A DNA stretch of 43,073 nt. Source: a bacterium. Its GTDB lineage: Bacteria > RBG-13-61-14 > DATKZS01. The position numbers and the translations under genes are program-made. Positions 1 to 8,834 of the stretch are shown one piece after another. The first letter of the stretch is position 1; each line of letters begins with the position of its first letter. The notes under the pieces were generated by a model. It saw nothing but the letters and a program-made list of their open reading frames with translations, had not been told where the DNA came from and did no database searches. The DNA is taken from the NCBI GenBank assembly GCA_035527835.1, contig DATKZS010000229.1, positions 1 to 43,073 of the forward strand, in the 5' to 3' direction.

Positions 1-830
1 TCCCCCCCAATATCGCCTCCACTACGCGTCCGCGCAGCGTCTCCTGCGACTCGGGGGAAAGCTTCCGACCGTCATAGTTTTTCATGGAGACGATTATAGC
101 ACAAAATCAGGCAAATGTCCAATAAATAATGCTCTGATTAGTAGTATTGCCGCAACTTCCTTTCTAATCTCACCATCCTTTTTCATAAGTTTCCTCCGTA
201 TTATTTTCAGAGGCAATGACGGACAGAACTTAACATTCTATAAATTGGGTATTGCGATCTTTCCAAAGGCCCAATGTCAAACTCTCCTATAGTGTATAGG
301 ATAATGGATTGGGAAGGATTATGTTTTGAAGGGATATAACGTTACTCTTCTTTATTTCCTCGTTACGCATTGATATTAGACCACATCTGCATCCAAGATG
401 AAATGGAGGGATAAAATCAAATAAACGGGGATCGTCTTTTGAAATAATCTTATTTTTTAATGAGCGACAAAATTTACATTCTCCGAGCATGACCGAAAAT
501 CGCAAGTAAGGAAAAACTAGTTTAACTGGCGGCTTAAGAGCGGCTTCTATATTTCTTATTGAATCTTCAATACCTCCTTCCCACATTTTGAGAAGTCTTT
601 CTATATCCTTTTGTGGCAACTTTTCCTTATCTATACATGGCGTCTTAAATAATTGCGCATGTTGATGTAGCTATGCCGCTATTTCAGCGGGATTGTCTGA
701 TTTGCATGCGCACATTTCAGCGACGCCATGTATAGAAGCATAGCAATGTCTTCTTTATTCATGGAAAATCTATCAGGCAATCTCATGATGAACATTTTAG
801 TCTCTTGACAGAAGAAATCAAGTCTCATGT
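1..830. mobile_element. AT-rich (~38-40% GC) block abutting ~65% GC chromosome; probable horizontally acquired / prophage remnant with decayed reading frames (620-830)
   Basis: Sharp compositional shift at ~830. The only intact ORF encodes a phage MuF-like domain. Flanking frames are broken. Confidence 0.35.
287..619 (-). CDS. Small phage Mu F-like / SPP1 gp7-family head-morphogenesis domain protein
   Basis: C-terminal motif PPFHLGCRCGL matches the conserved P-x-H-P-N-C-R-C motif of the Phage_Mu_F domain. Low GC, unlike the rest of the window. Confidence 0.4.
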   Translation of the reverse strand: MPQKDIERLLKMWEGGIEDSIRNIEAALKPPVKLVFPYLRFSVMLGECKFCRSLKNKIISKDDPRLFDFIPPFHLGCRCGLISMRNEEIKKSNVISLQNIILPNPLSYTL

Positions 831-1271
831 TGCAAATTCGGGAAGGTAGTGGGGTCAGGGAAATTGGGCTCAGGTCTCAACATCTAACATTAGCCCCTTG
901 TATTGGAACCTATTTCTCTGCACCGGCCTTTGCTTTTGGAGCGCTTCACGCCCATTGTGACGCCGGCGCGGCTGTTGCCGCTGGCGGTGACGAGACAGAC
1001 CGCCTCGGGGAACTGTATCCTCCACGGCCAAGCCATGGCTTATTCTTATGACAACCGGAAACGGATGTCAAGCTATGCGCCTTGGAGTGCGCAAGATTGA
1101 TTGCGCTTTTCTCGGCCCCGGCTTGACGGGGCGTAATGCCGCGCGGGAATAACTCACTCAGCTTCGAGGTACGTCCCCACGCCGCCGGGATCAAGCTCCC
1201 GGCTTGTTAAAGCGTCGTCAAGCCGCCGCACTCCAAATGGCTTAACCGGGAGTCTCGGTTAAGGCCTGCCC

Positions 1272-1299
1272 TTGTATGGCGGAACTGGTCGGATATAAT
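1272..1299 (+). promoter_or_regulatory. Sigma70-like promoter for trkA (TTGTAT-N16-TATAAT)
   Basis: -35 at 1272-1277, -10 at 1294-1299. AAGGAGG RBS at 1303-1309, just before the ATG at 1317. Confidence 0.4.
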
Positions 1300-1316
1300 G
1301 GCCTAAGGAGGCTGGG

Positions 1317-2705
1317 ATGGCTGGCATGAAGATACTGATCATCGGCGCCGGGGAGGCGGGAGTTTACCTGGCGCGGGTGCTGTCGGAGGAGAACCACGAG
1401 ATCGTGATCATAGACCACGACCAGTCGCGCCTGGATTCGGTCGAGGAATCGCTGGACGTGAAGACGGTTCTGGGCCACGGCGCGGCCGCCGGTGTTTTGG
1501 AGCGGGCGGGGGCCTGGGGCGCGGACATGGCGCTGGCCGTGACCAATGATGACGAGGTCAACATGCTGGGGGGCTATTTCTCCAAGGTGCAGGGCGCGAA
1601 AAACGCCATTGTCCGGCTGCGGGGCGGTGAGAACCTCCAGTATCACCGCAACTTCTACAAGAAATGGCTGGGTCTTGATTCCATCCTGGTCCCCAACGAG
1701 TTGTGCTCCCAGGAGATTCTGGAGCTGGTCCGGGCCAAGCAGGCGGTGGCGGTGGAGAACTTCGCGGACGGCCGCATCCAGATGCGCCAGATCCAGGTGA
1801 CCTCGAACTCCAAGCTGATCAACCAGAAATTGGCCAAGGTCAAGATGCCGGAACAGACCCTGGTGACCGCGGTCATCCGCGGCGGCGAGATCACGATCCC
1901 GAGCGGCGACACCGAGATCGCGGCGGGAGACGAGCTCTTGATCGTCGGCCACACCCATGCCATGGACGGGTTTGAGAAGCTGGGCGGAAGGAGCGGCAAC
2001 GGCGAAACGCTGGTGGTGATCATCGGGGGAGGCGAGCTGGGCCTTTCCGTGGCCCGGTCCTTGGAATACACCAACACCCGGGTCCGGCTGATCGAGGAGG
2101 ACCGCGAGCGCGCGGAGGCCATCTCCGACGAGCTTGATGAGGTCACGGTGCTTCACGGCGACGGCACGGACGCCGTCCTGCTTCGGGAGGTTGGCGCGGA
2201 CAACGCCGATGTTTTCATTTCGGCCTGCGGCGAGGACGAGAAGAACCTGATGAGCTGCCAGCTCGCCAAGAACATGGGCGCGAAAAAAACCATCGCCCTG
2301 GTCAAAAAGGCGGACTACGTGGCCATCTACCATAAGCTGGGCATTGACGCCGCCATCAGTCCCCGCCTTTTACTGGCCCAGAAAATTCTCCGCTACGTGC
2401 GCAGCGGCGCCATCAGCACCATCGCCGTGATCGGCGAGGGCAAGGCCGAGGTCATCGAGATCGAGGCCATGCCGGAGAGCAAGGTGGCCGGCGCGCCCAT
2501 CTCCCGGATCGGGTTTCCGCGCGGGGCCATTATCGGCGCGGTGGCCCGGGAGGAAAAGGTTTTCATCCCCGACGGGAGCTTCCAGATCCAGCCGGGAGAT
2601 TCTTGCATCGTCTTCACGTTCGTTGAAAACCTTCCCTTGGTGGAAAAATTTTTCAAGGGCAAGAAAAAGCTGGTTTTCTGGAACGGCAAGGGCGGCGGGT
2701 CTTGA
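1317..2705 (+). CDS. trkA: Trk system K+ uptake protein TrkA (two tandem NAD-binding RCK domains)
   Basis: Two Rossmann GxGxxG motifs (IIGAGEAG, IIGGGELG), 462 aa. Directly followed by trkH with a 4-bp overlap. Confidence 0.9.
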   Translation: MAGMKILIIGAGEAGVYLARVLSEENHEIVIIDHDQSRLDSVEESLDVKTVLGHGAAAGVLERAGAWGADMALAVTNDDEVNMLGGYFSKVQGAKNAIVRLRGGENLQYHRNFYKKWLGLDSILVPNELCSQEILELVRAKQAVAVENFADGRIQMRQIQVTSNSKLINQKLAKVKMPEQTLVTAVIRGGEITIPSGDTEIAAGDELLIVGHTHAMDGFEKLGGRSGNGETLVVIIGGGELGLSVARSLEYTNTRVRLIEEDRERAEAISDELDEVTVLHGDGTDAVLLREVGADNADVFISACGEDEKNLMSCQLAKNMGAKKTIALVKKADYVAIYHKLGIDAAISPRLLLAQKILRYVRSGAISTIAVIGEGKAEVIEIEAMPESKVAGAPISRIGFPRGAIIGAVAREEKVFIPDGSFQIQPGDSCIVFTFVENLPLVEKFFKGKKKLVFWNGKGGGS

Positions 2706-4162
2706 ACTATCGCTATGTCTGCAAGGTCCTGGGGATGCTGATCGCCCTGATCTCGGCGTCCATGATCTTTGCCCTGCTCTGGAGCCTGGCCGAGGGCGAA
2801 AACGACATGGCGCGGGCCTTTGTCTGGTCCATGACCGCGGGCCTTCTGATTGGAGCGGGCTTGTATTTTTTCGGCCGGAAGAGCGAGCAGGACTTTTACC
2901 GGCGGGAGGGCCTGGCCGTGGTGAGCCTGGGCTGGATCCTGGGCGCCGCGGTGGGGGCATTGCCATTCTGGTTCTGCCGCGAGTTCAATTCCAGTGGCGG
3001 GTTCGTGGACGCCTACTTCGAGTCCATGTCCGGTTTCACCACCACCGGCTCCACGGTCATCACCGTTATCGAGGCCATGCCCAAGGGCCTTTTATTCTGG
3101 CGTTCGTTCATCCAATGGCTTGGAGGGATGGGCATCGTGGTGCTGTTCGTGGCGGTCCTTCCCGCCATCGGCGTACACGCCAAGCACTTGTATAAGGTCG
3201 AGGTTCCCGGAATAAAAAAGGAAGGCGCCACGCCCCGGATCAAGGACACGGCCGGTTTGTTGTGGAAGATTTACCTTCTGTTCACCGTGGCCGAGGCATT
3301 GCTGCTGAAGCTCGGCGGCATGACCTGGTTCGATTCCTTGAACCACACCTTCACCACCCTGGCCACCGGCGGGTTCTCCACCAGAACCTCTTCCATCGGC
3401 CATTATCAAAGCCTTTATATCGAGGTTGTCATCATCATTTTCATGATCATGGTCGGCATCAATTTTACCTTGTATATAAGCGTATTACGCGGAAGGTTCC
3501 GCGACCTGACCCGCGACGCCGAGCTCGGCGCCTACCTCTTCATCATGCTGATCGCGACTCTGCTCATTGCCATCAGCCTGCTTTATAGCCAGGTCCATGT
3601 TTCGTTCGGGACGGCGTTGCGGGAATCGGCTTTCCAGACGGTCTCGATCATGACCACGACCGGCTATTGCACGGCGGACTTTAATAGATGGACCCCGTTT
3701 GCCCGGGTGGCGCTGGTGGCCCTGATGTTCGTGGGCGGGTGCGCCGGGAGCACGGGAGGGTCCATGAAGGTGATCCGTTTGCTGGTCGTTGCCAAGGCGG
3801 CGATGCTCCAGGTCCAGAAATTCTTCATGCCGCGCATGGTCAAGCAGGTCAGGATAGCGGACGCCGCCATTCCGGCCGATACCATTCAGGCCGTAACCGC
3901 CTTTGTCCTGCTTTTTATCGGGACTTGGGCGGCGGGGACATTATTCATGGCCGGCCTGGGCCTGGACCCGGTTACCGCGGCCACTTCGGTGATCGCCACG
4001 CTTGGTAATATCGGGCCCGGACTGGGAGGGGTGGGCGCGGTCGAACACTTCGGATGGCTCCCGGTTCCGGGCAAGATTTTCCTTACCCTGTGCATGGTAT
4101 TGGGCCGACTCGAACTCTACACCGTGCTGGTCATGTTCGTCCCCGCGTTCTGGCGCAAATGA
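2702..4162 (+). CDS. trkH: Trk/Ktr-family K+ transporter membrane subunit TrkH
   Basis: Repeated selectivity-filter-like GFTTTG / TTTGY motifs and multiple TM segments. TTG start at 2702 overlaps the trkA stop. An alternative ATG start is at 2735. Confidence 0.88.
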   Translation: MNYRYVCKVLGMLIALISASMIFALLWSLAEGENDMARAFVWSMTAGLLIGAGLYFFGRKSEQDFYRREGLAVVSLGWILGAAVGALPFWFCREFNSSGGFVDAYFESMSGFTTTGSTVITVIEAMPKGLLFWRSFIQWLGGMGIVVLFVAVLPAIGVHAKHLYKVEVPGIKKEGATPRIKDTAGLLWKIYLLFTVAEALLLKLGGMTWFDSLNHTFTTLATGGFSTRTSSIGHYQSLYIEVVIIIFMIMVGINFTLYISVLRGRFRDLTRDAELGAYLFIMLIATLLIAISLLYSQVHVSFGTALRESAFQTVSIMTTTGYCTADFNRWTPFARVALVALMFVGGCAGSTGGSMKVIRLLVVAKAAMLQVQKFFMPRMVKQVRIADAAIPADTIQAVTAFVLLFIGTWAAGTLFMAGLGLDPVTAATSVIATLGNIGPGLGGVGAVEHFGWLPVPGKIFLTLCMVLGRLELYTVLVMFVPAFWRK

Positions 4163-4220
4163 CATCAACGCGGCCGAGACCTATTAAAAGCGGCTCTTCG
4201 CAATCGAGAGTGGCTTTCAA

Positions 4221-4243
4221 GCGCCAGTGTGGCGCTTGTCATT
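4221..4243. terminator. Hairpin (GCGCCAgtgTGGCGC) between convergent trkH and ymdB ends
   Basis: Perfect 6-bp stem plus flanking T-rich sequence, between two convergent stop codons. Confidence 0.3.
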
Positions 4244-5024
4244 CCGCGTCCAGCTCGCGGCGGATGGCGGTGATGTGGAGGGCCTTTCCGGTTTTGGGGT
4301 CGCAGGCCACGCAGGCGGCGTTGAGCTCGACCGGCCCGGCGGCGGTCTCCAAGCGGCGGGGCATTCCGGTGAGGAAGCGGTCGAGCACGGGCTGGATTTT
4401 GAAGCCGAGCACGGAGTCGCGCGGCCCGGTCATTCCGACGTCTGACATGTAGGCGGTGCCATGAGGCAGGATTTTGGGGTCGGCGGTGGTGACGTGGGTA
4501 TGGGTGCCGATGACGGCGGAGACCTTGCCGTCGAGGTAATAGCCCATGGCCTCTTTTTCGGAGGTGGCCTCGGCGTGGAAGTCCATGATAATGACGCGCA
4601 CGTCGGGGTCAATCTCGGAGAGGACCTGGTCGGCGCCGCGGAAGGGGCAGTCCACCGGCGGCATGTAGACCCTTCCCTCCATGTTGACGACCGCGGCCGG
4701 GCCATGCTCGGTCTCGGCCACGATCCATCCCTTGCCGGGGACGCCCGGGAAAAAATTGGCGGGCCGGAGGAGCCGCTCGCAGTGCTCGATCTCGGAGATG
4801 AACTCCTTGCGGTCCCAGACGTGGTTGCCGGTGGTGAGCACGTCCACGCCGATGCCCACGAGCTGGTCGTAAATCTGGCGGGACATGCCGAAGCCGCCGG
4901 CGGCGTTCTCGGCGTTGACCACCACCAGGTGGGCCTCGAATTCCTCGATCAGGCCGGGCAGGAGGCGGGTGACGGCCCTCCGGCCCGGCCGGCCGATGAT
5001 GTCGCCGATTAAGAGGATGTTCAA
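4239..5024 (-). CDS. ymdB: YmdB-family metallophosphoesterase (2',3'-cyclic-nucleotide phosphodiesterase, TIGR00282-like)
   Basis: MNILLIGDIIGRPGR N-terminus and DxH/GNH metallophosphatase motifs, 261 aa. Encoded immediately downstream of rny, as in Firmicutes. Confidence 0.8.
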   Translation of the reverse strand: MNILLIGDIIGRPGRRAVTRLLPGLIEEFEAHLVVVNAENAAGGFGMSRQIYDQLVGIGVDVLTTGNHVWDRKEFISEIEHCERLLRPANFFPGVPGKGWIVAETEHGPAAVVNMEGRVYMPPVDCPFRGADQVLSEIDPDVRVIIMDFHAEATSEKEAMGYYLDGKVSAVIGTHTHVTTADPKILPHGTAYMSDVGMTGPRDSVLGFKIQPVLDRFLTGMPRRLETAAGPVELNAACVACDPKTGKALHITAIRRELDAE

Positions 5025-5096
5025 GCAACCAGCCTTTCCTCGGGGGCAAGCCCGGGGGAGAAGCGTAAAGTATTCAGTATCCGGCCAAGAAATTTT

Positions 5097-5171
5097 TTAA
5101 CAAGGATATTCAGGATGTTCAGGATCAAGAAAACCAGGGATCATCCTGGTAATCCTGAATATCCTTGTTAA
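5097..5171. repeat. Long imperfect hairpin, 'caggat' tandem-unit class (H1); homologous to the copy at 41369-41428
   Basis: Left arm aacaaggatattcaggatgttcaggat pairs with the reverse complement of atcctggtaatcctgaatatccttgtt. The flank gaaaagattattaacaagg is also shared with the 41357-41375 copy. Confidence 0.6.
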
Positions 5172-5224
5172 TAATCTTTTCATTTTATATTATTATCCTG
5201 GTGATAAAACCAGTTCTAGATTTA

Positions 5225-5258
5225 CCGGCCGCGGCCGCCGGGCCGGCGGCCGCGGCCA
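5225..5258 (-). terminator. GC-only 15-bp-arm palindrome immediately 3' of rny
   Basis: ccggccgcggccgccgg/gccggcggccgcggcc is a perfect palindrome 16 nt after the rny stop, followed by AT-rich sequence on the minus strand. Confidence 0.4.
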
Positions 5259-5273
5259 TGGCTTTTCCGCGTC

Positions 5274-6830
5274 CTACTTTGCGATCTCGACGGCCCGGGT
5301 CTCGCGGATGACCATCACCCTGATCTGCCCGGGATAGGTCAGCTCCTCCTCGATTTTTTTGGCGATGTCCTTGGACAGGATCAGGGCCTGTTCATCGTTG
5401 ATTTTGTCGCTTTCCACCAGGACCCTGATCTCGCGCCCGGCCTGGATGGCGTAGCTCTTCTCGATGCCCTTGAACGAGTTGGCGATCTTTTCCAGGTCTT
5501 CGAGGCGCTTGACGTAGGTTTCCAGCATCTCGCGGCGGGCGCCGGGCCGGGCGCCGGAGAGGGCGTCGGCGGCCTGGATCAGGTTGCCGAGGAGGCTGCC
5601 GGGGTCGTCGTTATGGTGTCCGCCGATGGCCTCGACCACGGCGGGCGACTCGCCGTACTTTTTGGCGAGCTCGGCCCCGATCTGGGCGTGCGGCCCCTCG
5701 ACCTCGTGGTCCACGGCCTTGCCGATGTCGTGGAGCAGCCCGGCGCGCTTGGCCTTCTTCACGTTGATCCCGAGCTCGGAGGCCATGATGCCGCAGAGGA
5801 AGGCGACCTCCATGGCGTGCCGGTACTGGTTCTGTCCGTAGCTGGTGCGGTATTTGAGGCGTCCGATGAGCTTGATGATCTCGGGATTGATGCCGTGGAC
5901 CCCGAGGTCAAAGGTTGCCTGCTGCCCGGCCTCGCGGATGCCGTCCATCACTTCCTTCTCGGCCTTGTTCACGATCTCCTCGATGCGGGCGGGATGGATC
6001 CGGCCGTCCTGGATGAGTCTCTCGAGGGAGAGCCTCGCGATCTCGCGCTGGACCGCGTTGAAGCTGGAGAGCACCACTGCCTCCGGGGTGTCGTCCACGA
6101 TCAGGTCCACGCCGGTAAGGGCCTCGAGGGCCCGGATGTTGCGTCCCTCGCGGCCGATGATCCGGCCCTTCATCTCGTCGTTGGGCAGGGCCACCACCGT
6201 GACCGTGCGCTCGGTCACGTAGTCGCCGGCGTAGCGGTCAATGGCCAGGCCCAGGATCTCCTTGGCTTTCTTCTCGGCCTCCTCCCGGGCCTCCTCCTCG
6301 ATCTGCTTGATCTTCTTGGCGGCCTCGTGCTTGGCTTCCTCGGTCAGGTCGTCCATCAATTGCTTCTTGGCCTCGGTCGCGGTCATGCCGGCGATGCGCT
6401 CCAGCTCTTTCTGGGCGTCGCCCAGCAGTTTCTGGTATTTCTCCTCGCGGTTCTTGAGCTCCTGCTCCTGCGCTTGCAGCTTGCGGACCCGGTCCTGGTT
6501 GTCCATCTCCTTGCGGTCGAGAAACTCGATCTTCTTGTCGAGGGTCTCCTCGCGATGGAGGAGCCTTTGCTGCATGGCATTCTGCTCCTCCTTCACTTTC
6601 TTGGAATCGCGCTCGAACTCCTGCTTGGCCTGGTAGGCGTAATCCTTGGCCAGGAGCTCGGCCTCCTTGAGGATGCGCTTCCTTTCCGCTTCGGCCTCGT
6701 TCTTGATCTTCTCGGCCTCTTCCTGGGACGCCAGCAGGCGCTTGGCCCCGACCTTGGTCAGGACGAAATAGATGCCGCCCGCGCCCATCCCCAACCCGAT
6801 GACGAACAGTATGATCGTTAAAGCTGTCAC
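5274..6830 (-). CDS. rny: Ribonuclease Y (N-terminal TM anchor, coiled coil, KH and HD domains)
   Basis: 518 aa. N-terminal TM helix, long Glu/Lys coiled coil, KH motif (IGREGRNI) and HD motif (LLHDIGK). Confidence 0.92.
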   Translation of the reverse strand: MTALTIILFVIGLGMGAGGIYFVLTKVGAKRLLASQEEAEKIKNEAEAERKRILKEAELLAKDYAYQAKQEFERDSKKVKEEQNAMQQRLLHREETLDKKIEFLDRKEMDNQDRVRKLQAQEQELKNREEKYQKLLGDAQKELERIAGMTATEAKKQLMDDLTEEAKHEAAKKIKQIEEEAREEAEKKAKEILGLAIDRYAGDYVTERTVTVVALPNDEMKGRIIGREGRNIRALEALTGVDLIVDDTPEAVVLSSFNAVQREIARLSLERLIQDGRIHPARIEEIVNKAEKEVMDGIREAGQQATFDLGVHGINPEIIKLIGRLKYRTSYGQNQYRHAMEVAFLCGIMASELGINVKKAKRAGLLHDIGKAVDHEVEGPHAQIGAELAKKYGESPAVVEAIGGHHNDDPGSLLGNLIQAADALSGARPGARREMLETYVKRLEDLEKIANSFKGIEKSYAIQAGREIRVLVESDKINDEQALILSKDIAKKIEEELTYPGQIRVMVIRETRAVEIAK

Positions 6831-6857
6831 GGTAGTTCCCCTTTCCTCGATTTATGA

Positions 6858-7448
6858 TTAATTGCTCCGCCCGTTGGCGGCGAGCAAGGTTCCCCGCTCG
6901 ATGACGATCGCGGTCAAGGGCACGTCATGCTCCTCCAGCGGGACCTCGTCCACCAGCTGGAAATCGTAGCCGATGCCCACCAGCGGCGTCCCGGGCCGCG
7001 CCTGATCCAGGACGCGGTCATAACATCCCATGCCGTAACCCAGCCTCCCGCCCCTCGCGTCAAAAGCGATGCCGGGGACCAGGATGAAATCAAGCTCCGC
7101 GACCGACACTGCGAGGCCGCCCGCCGCCGGCTCGGGAATGCCGAAGCTCGAATTCACCATCGCCTCCCAGTCAGTCACCTGGAAAAAATCAATCTCCGGG
7201 CCCCGGCCGCGGACGCGGGGCAGGGCCACTCGCATACCCTGGCCGATGAGCCGGTCGAACAGGGGCCGGGTCGCGACCTCGGAGTCGGCGGAGGCGTAGA
7301 TGGCCGCGGTGTCGCGGCCGTCCAGAAGCCCGCTCTGATAGAGGTTCTCGAGCACGGCCTGGCTGCGTTCCCGGACCTCGCCGGGAGCGAGCGCGCGCCG
7401 CATGGCGAGCACCTTTTGGCGCAACTCTTTTTTCGGCTCCGATCGCAT
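6858..7448 (-). CDS. ygfA: 5-formyltetrahydrofolate cyclo-ligase (MTHFS)
   Basis: Conserved C-terminal DLILVPGIAFDxxGxRLGYGxGYYDR block, 196 aa. Confidence 0.85.
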   Translation of the reverse strand: MRSEPKKELRQKVLAMRRALAPGEVRERSQAVLENLYQSGLLDGRDTAAIYASADSEVATRPLFDRLIGQGMRVALPRVRGRGPEIDFFQVTDWEAMVNSSFGIPEPAAGGLAVSVAELDFILVPGIAFDARGGRLGYGMGCYDRVLDQARPGTPLVGIGYDFQLVDEVPLEEHDVPLTAIVIERGTLLAANGRSN

Positions 7449-7532
7449 CGTACATGAGCCAGGGCATGGCCTGCATGGGCAGGCGTTGCGGGAAGGGCGC
7501 GGTGCCCGGCAAGGGTCCGCTTTCCGGGTCCG

Positions 7533-7711
7533 GGCCGCGGAGAATGGATGGCGGGTTCAGGCCCGCTTAGCGCGGGCTATGACAAAAGCCGTGCGAATTC
7601 GACCAGAAATAGATTAGTTTTTTGAGTTACCATCGGATATTGCCCGATACTCGGATCCATCCGGCCTTTGGGGCTGCCCGCTGTTTCGAGGTCCCGCCCA
7701 TTTTGGCGGCC
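7533..7711 (-). ncRNA. ssrS: Predicted 6S RNA (SsrS), 179 nt
   Basis: Lies between zapA and the 5-FCL gene on the same strand, the conserved zapA-ssrS-ygfA arrangement. The 5' end (GGCCGCC..AAUGG..GCGGG) pairs with the 3' end (CCCGCC-AU-CCAUU..GCGGCC) as a ~16-bp closing helix with an internal loop and bulge. There is an internal extended hairpin (GAGUAUCGGGCAAUAUCCGAUGGUAACUC), an A/U-rich central region and a small 3'-side hairpin (GCCCGCGCUAAGCGGGC). A candidate promoter TTGCCG-N16-TAAATG lies just upstream. Confidence 0.45.
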
Positions 7712-8014
7712 GGACATTACATTTAATCGTTCAATCATTTCCGGCAATTCTCGTGACGGCTTGGTCCCGGCCATCCATCATCCCGGCCTTTTTTCTCCGG
7801 CTCTCTTCCCAATTGTCGTCATCCCCCGCCTCTGCCGTGTGGCGGATCACTTTCAAACCCGGTAAAACCAGGTGGGCGCCGTATTACCGTTTCAGGTTCC
7901 TGGGCGAAGCAGTAGGCTCTCCAGGCACACACCGCGGCAAGGGACAGCTCCCTTAGTGAATTTAATGGTTCGAAAAGTCTGCCACCCAATCACGAACAGC
8001 GCAGGGGATGATAC

Positions 8015-8284
8015 TCATTTCGGCAAAAGCCCCAATAGTTCATCCACCCGTTCGCTCAGGTCAAAAACCGTCCTTTCCCATTCCTCTTTTTTCGCGAACC
8101 ATTCGTCCGCGACGTTAAGCGCGGTCAATACGGCCCCGCGCGCGTTCAACCCCTGTCCCGGGCCGCCGAGCAGCTCGGACATCACGTTGTCAACGTATTT
8201 GGCCACCCGATCAATGCGCTCGGCATCGTCGCCCTTGACCCGGTAAACCTGGCCGTAAATCTTGACCTCCCGCTCAGAGCTCAC
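8015..8284 (-). CDS. zapA: Cell division protein ZapA
   Basis: 89 aa. V-x-I-x-G-x-x-Y-R-V and TALNVADE blocks match the ZapA family (E. coli IFGRSLRV / AALNISYE). Confidence 0.8.
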   Translation of the reverse strand: MSSEREVKIYGQVYRVKGDDAERIDRVAKYVDNVMSELLGGPGQGLNARGAVLTALNVADEWFAKKEEWERTVFDLSERVDELLGLLPK

Positions 8285-8651
8285 TTTCCACCGCCTCCGC
8301 CACTTTCACTTCCGCCGCTTTGCCCGCGGCCCCGGCCTTGCGTGCTCCGCCATTATCTCCCCGGCCTTCCGGGTCCGCGCTATTGAGGCCGTGGGCCGTC
8401 CCGGGGGCGGCGCCCTTGATGCCGTCGAGCCGGGCGATCAGATCGTCCAGGTGGTCGCGCGCCTTGAGCCGGAGCCCCTTTTCCCGCAGGAGCAGGTCCC
8501 GCAAGACCCCGGTCTCCGCCTCGGCGGACACGGCCTTGTCCCGGAGCGCCTTGACCTCCTGCCGGAGCGCGCGGTCTTCCGCCGCCAGCTTGCGCACCCT
8601 GCGCTCCAGCTCCGCGAACTTTTCCAGAAACGCTCGCAGATTGTCGTCCAT
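8274..8651 (-). CDS. Coiled-coil protein upstream of zapA (ZapB-like), with Gly/Ala-rich tail
   Basis: N-terminal ~85 aa heptad coiled coil (LRAFLEKFAELERRVRKLAAEDRALRQEVKALRDKA). Overlaps the zapA start by 11 nt. Confidence 0.45.
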   Translation of the reverse strand: MDDNLRAFLEKFAELERRVRKLAAEDRALRQEVKALRDKAVSAEAETGVLRDLLLREKGLRLKARDHLDDLIARLDGIKGAAPGTAHGLNSADPEGRGDNGGARKAGAAGKAAEVKVAEAVESEL

Positions 8652-8715
8652 CTACTATCTGACTATAGACCCGGCGCGCGATCAAGTCAAGACCCAAAAG
8701 CCGCTCACTGACGTT

Positions 8716-8788
8716 GGTGGAGGGGACACTCTTGTCCCCTCACATCGGGCCGACAGGAGTGTCGGCCCCACCTGGTGTCGGCCCCACC
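8716..8788. repeat. REP-like compound palindrome, copy A (GGTGG-GGGGACACTCTTGTCCCC-...-GGCCGACAGGAGTGTCGGCC-CCACC, plus a duplicated right end)
   Basis: Two hairpins with GACA-N4-TGTC cores that are reverse complements of each other, bracketed by GGTGG/CCACC. The same architecture recurs at 12304, 23761, 25006 and 39591. Confidence 0.6.
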
Positions 8789-8834
8789 TAATGATTTTTT
8801 TCCGCCTCGTGCTCCTGTGATATGCTCATGACTT

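Noticed and set aside
827-1200. Several overlapping 60-80-aa ORFs on both strands in the GC-rich spacer between the AT-rich island and trkA.
   Set aside because: Mutually overlapping in different frames, Ala/Arg/Gly-rich, with no RBS. The region more plausibly holds the trkA promoter and leader.
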